Shown: piece by piece, positions 34,191 to 37,853 of the stretch
Numbering within the stretch: position 1 is the first letter of the stretch
Layout of the letters: every line of letters begins with the position of its first letter
DNA from: Octopus bimaculoides
Lineage: Eukaryota
Direction of reading: 5' to 3'
DNA length: 37,853 nt
Assembly: GCF_001194135.2 (NCBI RefSeq)
Contig: NC_068990.1
Location: 82,039,016-82,076,868, forward strand
Translations under genes and position numbers: made by a program
Notes under the pieces: generated by a model
What the model saw: the letters and a program-made list of their open reading frames with translations, nothing else
What the model was told of the DNA's origin: nothing
The model's database searches: none

Positions 34191-35110
34191 ATCATTACAA
34201 GACATGCTAAATAAACCGACCAGTATATAAATATTTCTGGCTCTGAGGAAAATTTCTGCCAGAATCGTTCGACATCTCTTCTACATTGCATGATAATTAT
34301 TTAAAGATATTTTACTGATTTATTTATTTTTTTTGTACAATTAATTTAATTTATGTGTTTCCCAATATGACATTAAGTGATGCGAGAAAGCTCTTAGTAG
34401 ATATACGATAGTATGTTTACAAAAATAAATCACCGCGTTTAATTACTTATAGTTTCTAAATGCATGAAAAACAATTTTAAGTTAGTGCTACCATATTTTA
34501 CGTAATGAGTATGATAATTGCAATTAGAAACAATTATGTGGTCAAGTAAAGACAACATTAACTCAAAAATTTATATAATTCTATGTTTTGGTTTTGTGAT
34601 ACGCTAGTTTTTTTTTTCTCTTAATATATTTCTTGATATCTATTTTTAACAACTCCGGCGGCTAAGATATTATTTTTGCTTTTTCATATTTGCCTTACAT
34701 AGGGATCAATTGGCAGCGATCTTAACATTGCGTTTTCCCCACGAGGCTTAGTTACTTCCTACGGCCGGTTTTTAGATCCTCCGAATCTGAAATGATGAAG
34801 TTATGCAAGGCAAGACATCAGGTTCAAATGTTGGTAACAGAGTAGACTCAACTAAAGGTGACAAAAGTGGTTTATTAAACAAGGTAACGGATTAAAATCC
34901 TCATACGTGTAAATTGTGTCCCTATTTCTAAAACTTTTTGTCTGTAAAGCGAGATTTTTGAACACGCAATGAAATGTACCATATTATAAAAATGATGCTA
35001 TCCATGCACAGATATTAATCTAGCAACGTCAATGCACTGTTGCATTTTTTTGTACCACTAAACGGTGGGCAGAAACTGTGTGGAAGCCAATCAGAAAAAT
35101 AGTTCATTGG

Positions 35111-35345
35111 TGTGTGTGTGTGTGCGTGCGTGTGCGTGCGCGTGTGTCTGTGTTTCTCACTCACCACTACTTGATAATCGGTGTTGGTGTGTTTGCGTCT
35201 CTGTCGCCTAGCTGTTCGGCAAAATAGAATAAGTACCAGACATTGAAAAAAAAAAAAAAAGTACGGGGGTAGATTCGTTTGCCTATAATTTTTTTCAAGG
35301 CGGTGCCCCAGCGTAGGCGCAGTCTAATGAAAGAAACAAGCAAAA
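35111..35345 (+). mobile_element. 3' half of SINE family B starting at its (TG/CG)n tract
   Basis: ctcactcaccactacttgataatcggtgttggtgtgttt...agaataagtaccag...caaggcggtgccccagcgt. Confidence 0.85.
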
Positions 35346-35364
35346 CAAAAACCAAATAAAGAAT

Positions 35365-35560
35365 ATATATATATATATACTTGTGTATGTGTATATGTGT
35401 GTGTCTATGTGTGTGCGTTTGCGTGTGTTTGCGTGTGTGAATATGTGTGTGTGCATGTGGAAGTGTGTGCGCGTGCGTGCATGAGTGTGCGTACATGTGT
35501 GTATGTATGTGTGTGTGTGTGTGTGTGTGTGCGTGCGTGTGTGTGTGTGTGTGTAAAATA
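35365..35560. repeat. (TG)n/(CG) alternating purine-pyrimidine tract
   Basis: Direct reading. Confidence 0.95.
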
Positions 35561-36444
35561 CATACTCTGACGCCCACGCGCTTTACACATGCAAGTGATC
35601 ATCGCTTCTAACTTGAGTGCTGAAAATCTCCATTACTTCACGTAGTTCAAACATCGCCGTCTGGTGGTATTATACAGAACGAAGTGGATGAAGATGAATG
35701 AAGGACTGATGAGTGGGTTGACTACTTAGAAAATCCATCTGCTCTCAGCTACTTGTATTACAGTATTGGACATCATACAAAGCAGTCATTGCTGCAATGA
35801 AAGACCACGTTGAAAAATTGTAAATGACAGTATATATCTTTGTGTTCATATGCGTGTGTGTATACTTATCAATGCACGTATGTAAATACTTTTATGTGTG
35901 TACATATACATATATACATGCATACATGCAAATATATANNNNNNNNNNNNNNNNNNNNNNNNNNNNNNNNNNNNNNNNNNNNNNNNNNNNNNNNNNNNNN
36001 NNNNNNNNNNNNNNNNNNNNNNNNNNNNNNNNNNNNNNNNNNNNNNNNNNNNNNNNNNNNNNNNNNNNNNNNNNNNNNNNNNNNNNNNNNNNNNNNNNNN
36101 NNNNATATATAGGGAAGAGGATTTAAAAATGTAGATTTTAAAGATGTTAACTGACTTGACCGGTTTCACTTAAAAAAAAAGATTATGAAAAGTAAAATGT
36201 AAGGCTTTGTGTAGCGTTTGAGATGTTAAAAAATAGTTAACATGGATGTATTAAAATTCATGATAGAGTCTTAGACAATGATAAGAAAATGTTAAGAAAT
36301 AGAATCTTTGACAATGATAAGAAAATGTTCTTAATAAATATGATGGAGCTGAGGAAATTTTGCACTTCTTCACACCTGTGTCCTGTGTCGACTGTCTTCT
36401 TACCGCTATTAACTACACTTCCGAATGTAGGCAATATGTGATAG

Positions 36445-36620
36445 GAGAAAGCGTGGCAGGAATCGAAACAACAATCTTACGACCGTGAGTCCAACACCCT
36501 AACCACTAAGCCACGCGTCACAGTGTCACGATGATTACATTTGAAAATTACATTCAGAGTACACGCCTCTGCAGTATACTCAACAACAAACACGCTAATT
36601 CAATGAACCTGTAACTTCAG
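36445..36620. mobile_element. SINE family E remnant: head on minus strand joined to 3' segment on plus strand
   Basis: caggaatcgaaac...gagtcc..caccctaaccactaagccacgc is the reversed head; gtgtcacgatga...gagtacacg...tactcaac resembles the family E 3' part at 16290-16380 read on the minus strand. Confidence 0.55.
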
Positions 36621-36738
36621 TTCAGCGAGCAGCTGAAAATTCATAATCGGAAATTTTAGCCGAGATCTATTAAATATAATTACTAAAACTTAGGACCATT
36701 ATGGAGATGTGCTGATCCGTCAGACAGACTTTATCTTC

Positions 36739-36927
36739 TATCTTTTACTTATTTTATTCTTTTAGAGTGCGGCCATACTGGGGTACTGCTTCGGAGAATG
36801 TTTGTCGAATGAATCGCCGTAGTGCCTATTATTTATTTTAAGCTTGACACTTATTCTATCGGTGTCTTTTTGCTGAAGCGCTAAGCTTCGGGGACGTAAA
36901 TACACTAATATAGTTGTCAAGTGGTGG

Positions 36928-36965
<38 letters not shown>

Positions 36966-37324
36966 CGGTCTTCTTTCAGTTTCCTATTTCTTTACTGCCC
37001 ACAAGGGGCTACACACAGAGGGGAGAAACAAGGACAGACAAAGTGATTAAGTCAATATAACGACACCAGTGCGTAACTGGTACTTAATTTATCGACCCCG
37101 AAAGGATGAAAGGCAAAGTCGACCTCGGCGGAATTTGAACTCAGAACGTAGCGGCAGACGAAATACCGCTAAGCATTTCGCCCGGCGTGCTAACGTTTCT
37201 GCCAAGCTCGCCGCCTATAAGTTTCCTTTCTTTCAGTTTCCGTCAACCAAATCCTCTCAGATGTCACACAGTGGGACTCAAACCGGAAGCATATGATTGG
37301 TAAGCAAACTTCTTACCACACAGC
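36739..37324 (-). mobile_element. SINE family B host copy with internal (CA)n, interrupted by a family A insertion
   Basis: 3' end tatcttttactt...gcggccatactgggg; (CA)n at about 36929-36963; central gtttccgtcaaccaaatcc; head aaacttcttaccacacagc. Confidence 0.9.
36985..37227 (-). mobile_element. Full-length SINE family A, tail type 2, nested in family B
   Basis: Perfect 14-bp TSD TTCTTTCAGTTTCC at 36971-36984 and 37228-37241. Confidence 0.95.
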
Positions 37325-37533
37325 AACACCTGCACTTACTTGTTTCACCTGTTCTTATTTTAACGAGCAGTCGTCTATTACTTACACTCAACACCACGAA
37401 AAGGGGAGGTATGCCATTTGTTCACTGGTCAGAGTAAATGACCACCCGTCGGAGCCGTTTAGTATTATAATGAGTCAGCGGTGTTGGCTTTCTCCCTTAC
37501 TGAACCTACTGGCTCTAGAGCTTCTTACTGCAG

Positions 37534-37685
37534 AAGTTGGAGGGTTCCAGAAGAATTTTTGCAAGAACAACAATGTGGAAAATTCCTGTTTGCATGACGG
37601 CGTCACTGTCAAAGTGTCGGAGATCAATCACATTAAGGTGATCGGCATTGATCTGAAGGAATACGAGGCAGTGACAGGAGCATAA
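37534..37685 (+). CDS. Candidate terminal coding exon or coding remnant
   Basis: cttcttactgcag acceptor, then xVGGFQKNFCKNNNVENSCLHDGVTVKVSEINHIKVIGIDLKEYEAVTGA*; G/C-ending codons; antisense frame also open. No homologue recognised. Confidence 0.3.
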
Positions 37686-37776
37686 ATTAGTTATGAGAAG
37701 TCATCGTGCCAGTAGCTCACATCCTGTACATCTCGTCCAACTGCGTAGTGAGGCGTTAGATGTATAGACCGGTTAA

Positions 37777-37805
37777 ATCATCATCATCACCATCAACATC
37801 ATCAC

Positions 37806-37840
<35 letters not shown>

Positions 37841-37853
37841 CCACCACCACCAC
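37777..37853. repeat. (CAT)n(CAC)n trinucleotide repeat
   Basis: Direct reading. Confidence 0.95.

Noticed and set aside
36265-36330. Two-copy ~35 bp tandem repeat containing gacaatgataagaaaatgtt
   Set aside because: Ordinary slippage-type duplication with no further structure.

Overview
AT-rich eukaryotic draft-assembly DNA with many N gaps, dense in microsatellites and short interspersed repeats. The repeat content looks like an octopod cephalopod genome; this is recognition from memory, not a database result. No complete protein-coding gene, true tRNA/rRNA gene or CRISPR array can be supported. Nearly all long ORFs in the track come from microsatellites, N-runs or reading through SINEs. 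What the sequence does support: (i) three tRNA-derived SINE families, called A, B and E here, where A has two alternative 3' tails and B carries an internal microsatellite; (ii) an abundant unclassified ~200-250 bp repeat (family C); (iii) a mariner D34D transposase 3' fragment with its right TIR; (iv) a ~250 bp local duplication in which one copy holds a 226 bp hAT-like MITE and the other keeps the empty site; (v) nested, dimeric and inverted SINE structures and two degenerate tandem arrays; (vi) a few low-confidence candidate exons and a CpG-rich island near 22.2-23.0 kb. I did not find convincing evidence of a new biological system. The best leads are the modular SINE behaviour and the unexplained coding-like segments.
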